Source: an uncultured Gemmatimonadales bacterium (GTDB taxonomy: Bacteria; Gemmatimonadota; Gemmatimonadetes; Gemmatimonadales; GWC2-71-9). From it: a stretch of 64,000 nucleotides of DNA. The stretch's first letter is position 1, and each line of letters begins with the position of its first letter. A program made the translations under genes and the position numbers. Shown here piece by piece: positions 1 through 14,433 of this stretch. The notes beneath the pieces are model-generated. The model ran no database searches and was not told the origin of the DNA. It worked only from the letters and a program-made list of their open reading frames with translations. Location of the stretch: contig CAWGED010000019.1 in NCBI GenBank assembly GCA_963821525.1, positions 64,001-128,000 on the forward strand, written 5' to 3'.

Positions 1-184
1 GCCCGATCACCGCCTTTTCAGCTCCAGTGTGGTAGATCAGCACGCGATCTCCCGCTTTCATGGTCCGAAGATGGGCCAACGCGAGATTGTTCCGCACTCC
101 GTCCCAGGTGGTCCGGCCTTCTTTCTCCAACTGGTCGTAGGAGTAGGTCGTCGGCTCGGTCTTGAGCAGCCAGCTGCTGGGCAT
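1..184 (-). CDS. EVE domain-containing protein (3' end runs off the window)
   Basis: Manual translation MPSSWLLKTEPTTYSYDQLEKEGRTTWDGVRNNLALAHLRTMKAGDRVLIYHTG shows the WLLKxEP/WDGVRN/YH EVE motifs; not in the ORF track. Confidence 0.9.
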   Translation of the reverse strand, partial: MPSSWLLKTEPTTYSYDQLEKEGRTTWDGVRNNLALAHLRTMKAGDRVLIYHTGAEKAVIG

Positions 185-348
185 TGAGCAACTCCCCAAG
201 TGAATTGAGGGTCTAAGGATAGGCCGACGCGGCAGCCGTCAATCTGGCGCTTGCGTCTTACCCTGCTGCGGCACTACGCTGAGCGGTGCAGGGCCGATCC
301 AGGCCGGCAATCCAGTCGAGGTATCATCTGTCAGCTTCGTTCCGAGTG

Positions 349-1453
349 ATGCGGCACCCGAATCTGGGGATGTGCGCCCTCGCTGGCCTGCTCGCTTCGG
401 GCTGTCACGATGGAGCGCGCCGTTCGACACCGGTGCTCGTTGTCGTGTCGGGGATCGCGCCTGGCGTGGAGCTGGCGAAGCAGGATGTCCGAGGTCTGAC
501 TCCGGAGCGGGGGGAGGAGATTCGGATCGTGGTTGACACCGAGGATCATGCCGGAGCAGAGCGGGTCGACAACGAGGCGAACCGGGCCGAGCGACTGGTG
601 GAGACCCCGGGACTGTTCGCGCTGGTTGGCCACCTTGGCAGTCGCGGCTCACTGGCAGCGGCGCCAGTCTACAATCGGGCCGAGGTAGTGCAGCTGGTCC
701 CCACCGCGACGAGCCAATTGTTGCGCGACGTTGGGCCGTGGACCTTCACGCTCACAGCTAATGACTCGGTGGAAGGCGCGGTCCTGGGTCGCTTCGCCGC
801 GGAATACCTCGGCGCCCGACGAGTCGCGTTGTTCTATGTGCCGGACGAATATGGGATGGGTCTGCGGGTTGCCGCGATGCGGCAGTTGCGAGAACACGAT
901 GTGCGAGTGGTAGACAATGTGCCGGTCGTAGCGGGGCCGACCTGGAGGTCCTGCTCGGGTCCTCTATTCGGCGATCGCCGCCGGATCTGATTCTCTGCAT
1001 GTGCCCCGCGGCGCAGACCGGCAATCTGCGCGGATTGCCGAGACAGCTGCAGCCTGGCCTCAGAGTCCTCGCCGGGGACGCCGCAACCAGCCTGTCGACG
1101 TTGATCGAGGCCGGCGGTCAGGCCACGGATTCCATCTATGTCGCCACTTTCTGGGTTCCACCGGGAACCACCGACGCGGGCCGGAAGTTCACGGCGCGGT
1201 TCAAGGCCATGACCGGACGACTCCCGAGGCGGGAGACGCACTGGTGTACGACGCGATCATGCTGCTCGCCACCGCGGCCACCAACGTCGGTACCCGGCAC
1301 GAAATGATCCGACAATACCTGGAGGCGCTGGGCACCAGCCGTCCGCCATATCTCGGAGTGACCGGACCCGTCGCCTTCGGCATGCATCAGACTTCCTCGG
1401 TAACCATCGCCCGGGTCCGACAGGGCGCCCTGGAACCGGTCGCCTGGCAATGA
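349..1453 (+). CDS. Branched-chain amino acid (LivJ-like) ABC substrate-binding lipoprotein; frameshifted
   Basis: Lipobox LLASGC; GHLGSRGSLAAAPVY, PTAT, DEYG and YDA...YLGVTGPVAF motifs spread over three frames (ORFs 286-990, 999-1307, 1001-1453). Confidence 0.8.
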
Positions 1454-3417
1454 CCAGCTCCGGTCCTGTCCGACGCGGCCGCCCGGCGCTCAGTCTCCGG
1501 ACCATCCTGCTGCTGTTCGTCCTCGGCTTCATGCTCTATGCCGCGGCGATCACGCTGTATTTGTCATATACCGTCACGGCGCAGGCCCGGAAGTTGGGGC
1601 GATCGGTGCAGCCGCTGGACTATCTCTTCGGCGACCTGACCGACCGGGTGCAGGGGTTGGAGAATACGACCACCGACACCTGGCGGCTTGCGATCGCCGG
1701 GAAGCCGGTCCCACCCGACACCTCTGCGGCCATCCGTGCCAGTGCGACCCGTAACGGGGGAAACACCTCAGCGGCATCCTTCGCCGCTCTCCCCCGGGGG
1801 TTTCGCACTCGGCTGGCCCAGACTGATGAAGATGTGGCGCGGCTCGGAACCATGTTGCTCGAAGTCTCCGGACTGCTGGAGCTGGGGCGATTCGACGAGG
1901 CCCGCCAGCGCCATGTCGTGGTTGACTCCCTGCTCGCCGAGGTCCAAGGCAGACTGACGCAGTCGCGACGGGACGCGCTTCCCATCCTGATTGAGGAAGA
2001 GCGTCAGCTCTCCGCCACGACCACGAACGCAGTGCGGGCGGTGACGGTGTGGATGCTCGCCGGCATGGTCCTGATCCCGCTGGGGCTGCTGGTCGCCTCG
2101 CGCCTCGTGGCCAAGCCACTGGCGGAATTGGAGCAGGGTCTCGCCCGGGTCGCCGAAGGCGATCTCCACGTGGAGCTGGCGGTGTTGCGTGACGACGAGG
2201 TGGGACAGCTCAAGCGGCACTTCAACGACATGACCCGGGTGCTGCGGGATCGCGCAGAGGAACAGGGCCGGTTCATGGCGGCGGGACAATTGATCGCGGG
2301 TGTCGCCCACGAAGTGAACAACCCGCTCATGGCCGTAGTAGCCATGTCCCAGGCTCGGCTCAGCGTGGGAGATGTTACCGACGAGCAGCGCGACGAGCTG
2401 GTACAAATCAGCCGCCAGGCCCGGCGGGCGGGTAAGCTGCTGTCCGGTCTGCTGCGCTTCGTCAGGATGGACGAACGTCCCAAGGCGCAGGCGGATCTCA
2501 ACTCGGTGGCGCGCGATGCCATCGACCTCGTGGCGTATCAATTCGGAGTGGAAGAAATCATCCTGGAGGGAGACCTCGATCCCGGGCTGCCCGCCGCCCG
2601 GGGGGATCCGGCGCGGCTCGAACAAGTTCTGGTCAACCTCCTGAGCAATGCGATTCACGCCCTGGGGCACGTAGATCCTCCCAGACGTCTGCAGGTGGAC
2701 ACCTCAACCGACGGGGAGCAGGTCTTCCTGGCGGTGCAGGACAACGGCCGGGGAATTCCCGAGGAATTGCGGGGGCGGATCTTCCGTCCCTTCGTGTCGA
2801 CGAAAGGCAGGCAAGGGACCGGATTGGGGCTATACCTGGCCCGCCAGATTGCCCGTGAGGCCGGAGGTGACCTCGCCGTGATGGCGGCCCCGGGTGGCGG
2901 TGCTCGCTTCGTCCTCTCCTTGCCTATCGCGATCAGCGCCGAATATCCATTGCCGCCACGGCCGCCAACGCCTACCCCGGTTCCAGGTCAGGCTCCTCTC
3001 AACGGATTGCGCGTGCTGCTGGTTGACGACGAAGAAGCCTTGCGCCGCCCGCTCGGTAAGTACTTGAGAAGGAGAGGAGCCGACGTTACCGAGGCGGGAG
3101 ATGGGAAGGCCGCGCTGGCAGCGCTGCAGGTCTCGGGCGTGGACGTAATCGTAGCCGATCTTCGAATGCCTCGGATGGACGGCATGGAGATGTATTCCGC
3201 TCTCGAAGCGACGCGCCCTGACCTCGCGCGAAGGCTGGTGTTCCTGTCAGGAGACCTGTCGGAGCTGTCTGCGGCGGGGCGACTGCAAATTCCGAACGAT
3301 CGGATCCTGCTCAAGCCGGTGGATCTCAAGACGCTCGAGGAAGCGGTGACGCGAGTCGCCCGCCTCGGCCGGGTCAAGGATGAGTCGGAGGCGCCTCCCG
3401 CCGTTCCACATCCGTAA
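1450..3417 (+). CDS. Hybrid sensor histidine kinase (2 TM, HAMP, HisKA, HATPase, C-terminal receiver)
   Basis: GVAHEVNNPL H-box, NLLSNA, DNGRG, GTGLGL; receiver LLVDDE...DLRMPRMDG...KP; ATGA overlap with the upstream gene. Confidence 0.93.
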   Translation: MTSSGPVRRGRPALSLRTILLLFVLGFMLYAAAITLYLSYTVTAQARKLGRSVQPLDYLFGDLTDRVQGLENTTTDTWRLAIAGKPVPPDTSAAIRASATRNGGNTSAASFAALPRGFRTRLAQTDEDVARLGTMLLEVSGLLELGRFDEARQRHVVVDSLLAEVQGRLTQSRRDALPILIEEERQLSATTTNAVRAVTVWMLAGMVLIPLGLLVASRLVAKPLAELEQGLARVAEGDLHVELAVLRDDEVGQLKRHFNDMTRVLRDRAEEQGRFMAAGQLIAGVAHEVNNPLMAVVAMSQARLSVGDVTDEQRDELVQISRQARRAGKLLSGLLRFVRMDERPKAQADLNSVARDAIDLVAYQFGVEEIILEGDLDPGLPAARGDPARLEQVLVNLLSNAIHALGHVDPPRRLQVDTSTDGEQVFLAVQDNGRGIPEELRGRIFRPFVSTKGRQGTGLGLYLARQIAREAGGDLAVMAAPGGGARFVLSLPIAISAEYPLPPRPPTPTPVPGQAPLNGLRVLLVDDEEALRRPLGKYLRRRGADVTEAGDGKAALAALQVSGVDVIVADLRMPRMDGMEMYSALEATRPDLARRLVFLSGDLSELSAAGRLQIPNDRILLKPVDLKTLEEAVTRVARLGRVKDESEAPPAVPHP

Positions 3418-5540
3418 CGCCCTTCACCTTCCGAATCGCCTTGATCACCTTCGCCAGGTGAGTGCGGTTGTCCACCTCGACGAAGACCGAACCGAAGACC
3501 GAACCGTCCTTGGTGCTGAGATCGGCCGCCTTGATGTTGGTGCCCGACTGGCTGATGGCTTCCATGATGTCGGCATAGAGGCCGCGACGGTCTTCGCCGC
3601 TGACGCCCAGCCGCACCGCGAACGCCTCTCCCTGAACTTCCCGCCAGTCGATTTCGACCCGCCGCCCTTCCCCGCTCAGCATGAGCAGGTTGGGGCAGTC
3701 GGCGCGGTGGATGGAGATACCGCGCCCCTGCGTCACGTAGCCGACGACGGTGTCGCCCGGCACGGGCTGGCAGCATTGGGCGTAGCGCACCATCAGACCG
3801 CTCAAGCCCTGAATCTTGATGCCGGATCCGAGGCGGATCCGGTTGATCACCCGCCCGATGACGCTGGGCTTCACTTCCTGAAAATCCTCCGCCGAGGCGT
3901 CGGGATGCAGCGCGCGGAGCGCCTGCACGATGGTGACGTCGCCCCGGCCGACGGCGATCTCCAGCCCTCGCCCATCGGCAAGGCCGAGCGACTCGGCCGC
4001 CTTCCGCAGCTGCTCGGGTTCCGGCGCGGCGAGCCGACGGCGCTTCAGCTCACGCGCGATCTGTTCGCGGCCCAGCACGACGCTCTCTTCCTCTTCCTGG
4101 TGGCGGATCCAGGCTTTGATCTTGTGCCGCGCCCGCGCGGTGCGGACATGGGAGAGCCAGTCGCTGCTCGGCTTGGCGTTGGGGCTGGTCAGGATCTCGA
4201 TGGTGTCGCCGTTACGCAGCTCCCGGTGCAAGCGGCGCGATGCGACCGTTGACCTTGGCTCCCTGGCAGTGGACGCCGACTTCGGTGTGCACCATGAAGG
4301 CGAAATCGATCGGGGTCGCGCCCTTGGGGAGCTGCTTCACGTCGCCCTGCGGCGTGAACACGAAGATCTCGTCCTGGTACAGGTCGATCTTGAGGAACTC
4401 GAGGAACTCCTCCGGCGTGTGGGCATCCTGCTGCAGCTCGATAAGCTGGCGGAACCAGTGGAGCTGCTGGTCCAGCTCGTTGCGACGCCCGTCGGCTTTG
4501 TACAGCCAGTGGGCCGCGATACCGAACTCCGCCGTCCGGTGCATCTCCTGGGTCCGGATCTGAACCTCGAACAGCTGGCCGCCGGGGCCGAAGATCGTGG
4601 TGTGGAGCGACTGGTACGCGTTGGTCTTGGGGCTCGCGATGTAATCCTTGATCCGCTCCTGGATCGGGGTCCAGTTGTGATGGATGATCCCCAGCACGTG
4701 GTAGCACTCGGGGACGGTGCGTACCATCACCCGGATCGCCATCAGGTCGTAGATCTCGTCGAACGGCTTGCCCCGCTTCTTCATCTTCTGATAGATGGAC
4801 CACAGGTGCTTGGGCCGCCCGGTGACCTCGAACCACTCGATGCCCGCGCGCTTGAGCTCGTACTCGAGCGGCGTCTTGAGTTTGAGGATGAGCTGCTCCC
4901 GCGCCGTCTTCTTGGCGGCGACCTGCTGCACCAGGGTCCTGTAGTCCTCGGGCTCGAGGTACTTGAAGGCCAGGTCCTCCAGCTCGGCCTTGATGCCGGC
5001 CATACCAAACCGGTGGGCGAGCGGGGCGTAGATCTCGCGCGTCTCGGTGGCGATCCGCACCCGCTTCTCGGGCGGCAGCGGATCGAGCGTCCGCATGTTG
5101 TGGAGCCGGTCGGCCAGCTTGATGATGATGACCCGCGCGTCCTTGGCGATCGACAGCAGCAGCTTGCGGTAGTTCTCGACCTGCTGCTCCGCCGAGGAGC
5201 GGAAGGTGAGGCTGGAGATCTTGGTGAGGCCGTCCACCAGCCCCGACACTTCGGGGCCGAATTCCCGGGCGATGTCCTCGGCACGGACGTCGGCGTCTTC
5301 GACCACGTCGTGCAGCAGGGCCGCGCAGATCGAGGTGGTGTCGAGGAGCTGTTCCACCAGGGTCTTGGCGACGGCGATCGAGTGCTGAATGAAGTCCTCG
5401 CCCGACACCCGCTTCTGGCCCCGATGCGCCGACGCACTGAAGCGCAGCGCCCGCTCGATCTGCTCCAGATCGAGCCGGTCCGCGTGCCGCTCCAGCAGGG
5501 CACGGAAGTCGGGGGCGATGTCGGGCGTCGAAACGGTCAC
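3374..5540 (-). CDS. rel: Bifunctional (p)ppGpp synthetase/hydrolase Rel (HD, SYNTH, TGS, ZFD, ACT); frameshift near 4230
   Basis: LLHDVVED, KLADRLHNMRTL, RIKDYI, YQSLHTT, EVQIRT, VFTP/DFAF TGS, CCQPVPGD, DRRGL ACT. Confidence 0.95.
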
Positions 5541-6218
5541 AAGAGTCCCGCCGTGGCGAAGCTCAAGAACCGATCGCCCGCCAGAATCACGTGATCGTAC
5601 ACCGGCAGGTCGAGCAATCGGCCGGCCTCCACCAGTTGTCTGGTGACCGAACGGTCTTCGGCCGAAGGGGTGGGATCTCCGCTCGGATGGTTGTGCACCA
5701 CGATGATGCCCGCGGCCGCCTCGGCGATCGCCGCGCGGAACACCTCGCGGGGATGCACCAGCGAGCTGTTGAGGAGGCCTCTGGTGACCAGGACATCGCG
5801 GAGCACACGGCTCTGGCTGTCGAGAGCCAGCAGATGGAACTCCTCCACCGCCAGGTCGCGCAGCCGGGCAGCCAGCATGCGGACGACATCCTCGGGCTCC
5901 CGGATCCGGAGTGCCGCCGGACGGGACTCCGCCATGAGGCGGCTGGCCAATTTCGAAGGCGGCAAGGAGACGAGCGCGCCTTGGCGGGCCCGACGCCCGC
6001 GGCCTGCTGCAATTCAGCCGGCGGCCTTGCCGCCAGGCGGCGCAAGGACCCGCCGCTCACCTCGAGCAGCCGGCCGGACACCTCGAGCGCACCAACTCCG
6101 GCCCTCCGGTTCCGAGGAGGATGGCAAGGAGCTCGGCCGGGGTCAGCGCGCCGGCGCCCAGCGCCCAGAGGCGCTCGCGGGGGAGTTCGGTTGATTGGTG
6201 AATGGCGGTGTCTGACAC
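5537..6218 (-). CDS. radC: RadC/JAB-domain protein; frameshifted
   Basis: PRERL...ELLAILLGTG N-terminus; VHPREVF, HNHPSGDPTPSAED, DHVI; GTG start read at 6218. Confidence 0.9.
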
Positions 6219-6287
6219 CGCAGGAAGCTAGAGCGGAGACGACGCGGGACGGGCCTCAAGAAAACGCAACGACGACCAGAAAGCGAA

Positions 6288-6314
6288 GGCTGACAGCAGC
6301 ACAACCTGTCAGCC
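6288..6314 (-). terminator. Possible intrinsic terminator hairpin downstream of secA
   Basis: GGCTGACAG-N9-CTGTCAGCC stem followed on the minus strand by TTCGCTTTCT. Confidence 0.45.
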
Positions 6315-6334
6315 CTCATTGTCAACGATCATCG

Positions 6335-6379
6335 ATCTGCAGTTTTCAATCTTCAATCTGCAATCTTCAATCTGAAATC
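6335..6379. repeat. Heptamer tandem repeat (ATCTKCA)x6 immediately after the secA stop
   Basis: ATCTGCA GTTTTCA ATCTTCA ATCTGCA ATCTTCA ATCTGAA ATC. Confidence 0.8.
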
Positions 6380-6381
6380 CC

Positions 6382-9593
<3,212 letters not shown>

Positions 9594-9601
<8 letters not shown>

Positions 9602-10166
9602 CCTTCAAATATAATCCCTGCGCGAGGATACACGCTGCCACCGGGTCCGGCACCCAGTAGCGAATCGGCTGGTTTTGCGCCACCCGCCGCCGGATCTCGG
9701 TAGCCGAAATATCCAGCCTCGGAACCCGCACCACCTGCGCTCCCTCGGGGATTTCGGGCAGATCCACTCCCGGCCGGGCGAAAACGACAACCTGGGCCAG
9801 GGTCGGAATCAGCGCTCCTTCACGCCACTGATCCAGCTCCCGGGCTGCGTCTGCCCCGACCAGAAGGGCAAAGCGCTTCCCCGGCTCTCGGGCCTGCAGC
9901 GCCCGAAGGGTATCCACGGTGTAGGAAGTTCCAGCCCGATCCAGTTCGGCGGTTTCCAGACGGAAGCGGGGTTGCCCTTCGATGGCCAGGGAAACCATCC
10001 GTGCCCTCACCTCCGGTGGAGCACCGTGCCGGCCACGTTTGAAGGGTTGTTCAAAGGCGGGAACGAAGCGCATCTCGTCGAGATCGAGCGCCTCGAGTAC
10101 GGCCTGGGCTACGATCAGGTGCCCGTGATGAATGGGGTCGAAGGAGCCGCCGAACAGGCCGATCAT
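9594..10166 (-). CDS. nadD: Nicotinate-nucleotide adenylyltransferase
   Basis: GGSFDPIHHGH, SYTVDTL, ISATEIR; ATG at 10166 overlaps the bamD stop. Confidence 0.95.
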
Positions 10167-10945
10167 TGCGCGACGGGACACACCTCATCCGTTCGTGGGG
10201 TCCCGGGGTGGAAGCGGCGGAGATAGCCGCAAGTCTCCCCGGCGTCCTCGCGATACCCGAGCTTGTTGTAGACCTCGATCAGCTTGATCAGCGCCTCGGG
10301 AATCAGGGAAGTCCGGGGATAGGTCGCGATGAGGTCGCGCAAGTAAAGAATCGCCGAGTCGTAGGCCTTGAGCCGAAGATAGAACTGCGCCGCCTTATAC
10401 TCCTTCTTGGCGAAGCTTTCCTCCAGATCGGCTATCCGTTGCTTGGCCTTCAACGCTGCGGGGGTATTGGGATACCGATTGATCAATTCCTGGTACGTCG
10501 CCAGCGCACTCTGCCCATAGGACGGATCAAGCTCGGGCCGGTGCCAGAGATCGGCGAAGGCGTCCCCGGCGCGGAGTAGCGCCTCCGGAGCCAGCGGGTT
10601 GTTCGGGGTGTCATCCGAAACTCGGCGGAATTCCCGGGTGGCCTGAAGCTGGCTCTTCTGCGCGTAGTAGCATTCGGCCAGGCGGAACCGGGCCTCGACG
10701 GCCAGGCTGTCTCCAGGCGGGATCTCGAGAGCGAGGCGTTCCAGCTTTTGTGCCGCATCGCCCCACTTGCCCCGCGAATAGTCATTCAGGGCCTCTTGCC
10801 AAAGCTTCGACACTTCTTCCGGCGACGCCCCAACGGCTACAGGGCTCGGGGCTCCGATGGGCTCCGACTTACGGCCCCCGCAGGCTGTAACAGCCAATAT
10901 CGCGAGAGCGATCGTCAACGACTGGCGCATGAGGCGAGAATTCAA
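10163..10945 (-). CDS. bamD: Outer membrane protein assembly lipoprotein BamD
   Basis: Lipobox VTAC; TPRs; ELDPSYGQSALATYQELINRYP, KEYKAAQFY...SAILY pattern. Confidence 0.85.
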   Translation of the reverse strand: MNSRLMRQSLTIALAILAVTACGGRKSEPIGAPSPVAVGASPEEVSKLWQEALNDYSRGKWGDAAQKLERLALEIPPGDSLAVEARFRLAECYYAQKSQLQATREFRRVSDDTPNNPLAPEALLRAGDAFADLWHRPELDPSYGQSALATYQELINRYPNTPAALKAKQRIADLEESFAKKEYKAAQFYLRLKAYDSAILYLRDLIATYPRTSLIPEALIKLIEVYNKLGYREDAGETCGYLRRFHPGTPRTDEVCPVAQ

Positions 10946-11823
10946 TTCGCGTTGGCAGCATTGCCGAGAGCGGTCAGACGCTGCCGGGCCATGATGCTGA
11001 TGGAGTCTGTTGCCTCGGAGTCGATCGCATCCTGATAGGCGATCGCCGCACCGAGAATGTCACCGAGTTTGATACGGGCGTCGCCCAGGCCAACCAGCGC
11101 CCTGCGGCCGGTCATGGATCCGCTGCTGAATCCTGCCGCCTTGCCGAACCACCTGGCTGCGACCTCCGCCTGATCTACCGTCAAGGCCTCCTGCCCCAGC
11201 TGGATGGCGCAGAGCCCATACCCGCTCGACGCCCGGGTGCGGCTCGCCGGGTCCCGGGTGCGTCGAAGGACGGTTTCGTACGCTCCGGCGGCGGCCTCGC
11301 AGGCCGTGGTCTCGCGAGAGGCGCCGGCGTAGAGAAGCAAGATCGAGTCGGCGGTCGCGGCGTCGGGAGCCGAGGCCAGGGCAGCCGGAGCCATCGCCAC
11401 CGTCTCCTCCGGCGAAAGCTTGCCGCTCCGCGTGAGCCCCAGGGTGTAGCGTGCCATGACACGATTCGGGGCCACGCCGCGCAGAGTCACCACCGCGAGT
11501 TGTAATCCCGATCCATCACCGGCCCGTTCCGCAGCCTTGGCGACCAACTCGAGCCCGGTCGCGGCCTCGTCGGCCCGCGAACGATCCTGCGAAGCAAGCT
11601 GACGGTACGCCTCGGCAGCCTCCCGAATTTCGCCGGCCTTCAGTGCGGCCGCACCGAGCTTGGCGGAAACCCGCGCATTCTGGCTCAGTTTGGCCGCAGC
11701 CCGATACTCCTGGAGAGCGGCCGGGTATTCGGCCCGTCCGTAAGCCGCATCGCCCAGCCGTTCATGATCGGCTGCCCGTCCACCGCAGGCGGTGAGCAGC
11801 AGCATGAGACACAGACGTTTCAC
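10942..11823 (-). CDS. TPR-like lipoprotein, function unknown
   Basis: GTG start (GTGA overlap) giving KRLCLMLLLTAC lipobox; Ala-rich helical repeats. Confidence 0.75.
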   Translation of the reverse strand: MKRLCLMLLLTACGGRAADHERLGDAAYGRAEYPAALQEYRAAAKLSQNARVSAKLGAAALKAGEIREAAEAYRQLASQDRSRADEAATGLELVAKAAERAGDGSGLQLAVVTLRGVAPNRVMARYTLGLTRSGKLSPEETVAMAPAALASAPDAATADSILLLYAGASRETTACEAAAGAYETVLRRTRDPASRTRASSGYGLCAIQLGQEALTVDQAEVAARWFGKAAGFSSGSMTGRRALVGLGDARIKLGDILGAAIAYQDAIDSEATDSISIMARQRLTALGNAANAN

Positions 11824-12527
11824 TCCGAGTTCCGTTCGAGCATCGCGAGGTAGGCTTCGACCCGCGCATTCTTGGGACGCTCCAGGAGACACTCCCGCCA
11901 CACCTCCTCGGCACCGGCAACATCGCCCGACAGATAGCGCGCGAGCCCGAGCGACGCCAACGCGTCCAGAAAGTTGGGGCGGTCCTGCACCACCCGCTCG
12001 AGTTCTTCCCGTGCGGCCAGCGCGTCGCCCGATTCAAGGAGCGTCCTCGCCAGCCGGTATCGAATGTCGGCGAAGCCGGGCCCCAGCTCGACGGCGCGAT
12101 AGAACTGCTCGATGGCCTGCTCGATCGCGCCCGATTCCGCGTAGGCGGTCGCAAGCAGGGCGTGATGGTTGGCGAGATTGGCTGCGACGTGCGAAGGAAA
12201 GCCGGAGGAGTGACGGACGTTGTGGGCCGCAGCGGTCCGGAATGCCTCCGTCGCTTCCTCGGTCCGGCCCATGTCGTTGAGCAGGATTCCGCGATGGATG
12301 TGGGCTTCGATGTAACGCGGGTTGAGCTCAAGGGCCCGCTCGAAATGGGCGAGGGCCCGCTGGGCCTGACCCAGCAGCGCGAACGAGAGTCCCAGCAGGT
12401 GGTGAGCGTCGGCGAACTGCTTGCCGCCGTTGACGACGTGCTCCAGCAAGTGGATGGCGCCGTAATAGTCCTGGAGCGCGAAGCGCTCCCGCGCCTGGTT
12501 GATCAGCGGTTCGTCACTGACGCGCAT
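11820..12527 (-). CDS. Tetratricopeptide repeat protein
   Basis: ADAHHLLG, ALELNPRYIEAH, FADIRYRLA TPR motifs; AAGGAG RBS before ATG 12527. Confidence 0.85.
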   Translation of the reverse strand: MRVSDEPLINQARERFALQDYYGAIHLLEHVVNGGKQFADAHHLLGLSFALLGQAQRALAHFERALELNPRYIEAHIHRGILLNDMGRTEEATEAFRTAAAHNVRHSSGFPSHVAANLANHHALLATAYAESGAIEQAIEQFYRAVELGPGFADIRYRLARTLLESGDALAAREELERVVQDRPNFLDALASLGLARYLSGDVAGAEEVWRECLLERPKNARVEAYLAMLERNSE

Positions 12528-12535
12528 AAGTCTCC

Positions 12536-13501
12536 TTACTGACGCGCATAGGTTTCCTCGAACCAGGTCAGGAACTGACGAATCCCCTCGCGGAACGTGG
12601 TGCGGGGCCGAAACCCCAGCATCCGTTCGGATTTTGTGAGATCGGCGAACGTATGCAGGACGTCCCCCGGTTGTCGAGGTGCCCACTGAATCTGTGGGGT
12701 CACCCCCATCGCCCCGGCGAGCTCGTCCACCATGGTCTTGAGCGGAACCGGCTCACGGCTCCCCAGGTTGAAGATCTCCAACCCCACCGGCGCCTTGGCG
12801 GTCCAGTCGATCGCGGCGGTCACACCGGAAACGATGTCTGCCACGTAGGTGTAGTCGCGGGATTCGGAGCCGTCGCCGAACAGGGTGACGGGCTCACCCT
12901 TGGCGAAGCGGTGCGCAAAGGAGTGAATCGCCAGGTCGGGGCGCTGCCGGGGACCATAGACCGTGAAGAACCGGAGTGCTGCGGCCCTCAATTTCGCGTG
13001 CGGCGCGAAGGAGTTGAGCAGGATTTCCCCCGCCCGCTTGGTCGCACCGTAAGGAGAGATCGCGCCCACTGCGGGAACGTCCTCCCGGAACGGCGGCGGG
13101 GTGTCGTTGCCGTAGACCGAGGATGAAGAGCCGAACACGAAACGGCTCACCCCTGCCCCCCTCGCGGCGTCCACCACCGATTGAGTACCCAGGAGGTTAG
13201 TTCGCACGTAATCGAGCGGTGCAGCGAGGGACGGCCGCACACCGGCCTTGGCGGCCAGATGCACAACCGCGGAGTCAGGCGTAAGCAGGCCCTGCAACGC
13301 GGCCCGATCCAGCAGGTCCAATTCCTTGAAGGTGAATCCCTTCTGATCCTGCAGCCGCTCCAGGTTCCGCTCCTTGATCGGCCGGGGATAGAACGGGTCG
13401 AAGTTATCGATGCCGATGACCTCGTCGCCCCGAGCGATGAGCGCCTCCGAGAGATGTGAGCCGATGAATCCGGCCGCCCCCGTAACCAGAATCCGCGTCA
13501 T
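12536..13501 (-). CDS. NAD-dependent epimerase (UDP-glucuronate 4-epimerase-like)
   Basis: [46 protein letters not shown]. Confidence 0.9.
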   Translation of the reverse strand: MTRILVTGAAGFIGSHLSEALIARGDEVIGIDNFDPFYPRPIKERNLERLQDQKGFTFKELDLLDRAALQGLLTPDSAVVHLAAKAGVRPSLAAPLDYVRTNLLGTQSVVDAARGAGVSRFVFGSSSSVYGNDTPPPFREDVPAVGAISPYGATKRAGEILLNSFAPHAKLRAAALRFFTVYGPRQRPDLAIHSFAHRFAKGEPVTLFGDGSESRDYTYVADIVSGVTAAIDWTAKAPVGLEIFNLGSREPVPLKTMVDELAGAMGVTPQIQWAPRQPGDVLHTFADLTKSERMLGFRPRTTFREGIRQFLTWFEETYARQ

Positions 13502-14433
13502 GCGGCGAGGAGGCCGCGGAAGTACGCGATGGTCTTCACCAGCCCTTCCTCGAGCGGGACCTGGGGCTCCCACTGCAGGACGCTCCGGGCAATGGTCAGA
13601 TCGGGCTGCCGAACCTTGGGGTCATCCTCCGGCAGAGGGCGACGATCGATCTTCGAGCTCGATCGCGTGAGGCGCAGCACCGCCTCGGCCAGTTGCTGCA
13701 CCGTGAATTCTCCCGGATTGCCGATATTGGTGGGATCGGTCCTCGAGCTGCCGAAGAGCCGGTAGATCCCGTCGATGAGATCCGACACGTAGCAGAACGA
13801 GCGAGTCTGTGAACCGTCGCCGTACACAGTGAGCGGCTCGCCTCGCAGTGCCTGCACGATGAAGTTCGACACGACTCTCCCGTCCCCCGGCCGCATCCGC
13901 GTGCCGTAGGTATTGAAGATTCGAACAATGCGGGTATCGACATGATGGTAGCGGTGATAGGCCATCGTCATGGCCTCGGCAAACCGCTTGGCCTCGTCGT
14001 ACACCCCACGCGGCCCGACCGGATTCACATGCCCCCAGTAGGTCTCGGGCTGGGGGTGAATCTGGGGATCGCCATAGACCTCGGAGGTCGAGGCCAGGAG
14101 AAATCTGGCGCCTTTGGCCTTGGCCAAACCGAGTGAATTGTGGGTGCCGAGCGAACCGACCTTGAGGGTCTGGATCGGGAGCTCGAGATAATCGATCGGG
14201 CTGGCCGGCGAGGCGAAGTGCAGGACGCCGTCGAGCGGCCCACTAAGCTCAATGAACTTGGTGACGTTGTGCTCTACGAAGGTCCACCGAGGCTGTGACT
14301 CCAGGTGGGCGATGTTGTCGCGCGACCCGGTGATGAAGTTGTCCATCCCCACGACTTCGTGGCCCTCGGCCAGGAACCGGTCGGAGAGATGTGAACCGAG
14401 GAAGCCGGCGGCGCCGGTGATGAGGACTCTCAT
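13498..14433 (-). CDS. uxs: UDP-glucuronate decarboxylase (UDP-xylose synthase)
   Basis: [47 protein letters not shown]. Confidence 0.92.
   Translation of the reverse strand: MRVLITGAAGFLGSHLSDRFLAEGHEVVGMDNFITGSRDNIAHLESQPRWTFVEHNVTKFIELSGPLDGVLHFASPASPIDYLELPIQTLKVGSLGTHNSLGLAKAKGARFLLASTSEVYGDPQIHPQPETYWGHVNPVGPRGVYDEAKRFAEAMTMAYHRYHHVDTRIVRIFNTYGTRMRPGDGRVVSNFIVQALRGEPLTVYGDGSQTRSFCYVSDLIDGIYRLFGSSRTDPTNIGNPGEFTVQQLAEAVLRLTRSSSKIDRRPLPEDDPKVRQPDLTIARSVLQWEPQVPLEEGLVKTIAYFRGLLAA

Noticed and set aside
5537..6218. RadC JAB domain as the partner protease of the Ubl fusion or as a mobile-element marker
   Set aside because: It is an ordinary full-length chromosomal radC coupled to rel, and the Mec gene adjacent to the fusion is the more obvious partner.
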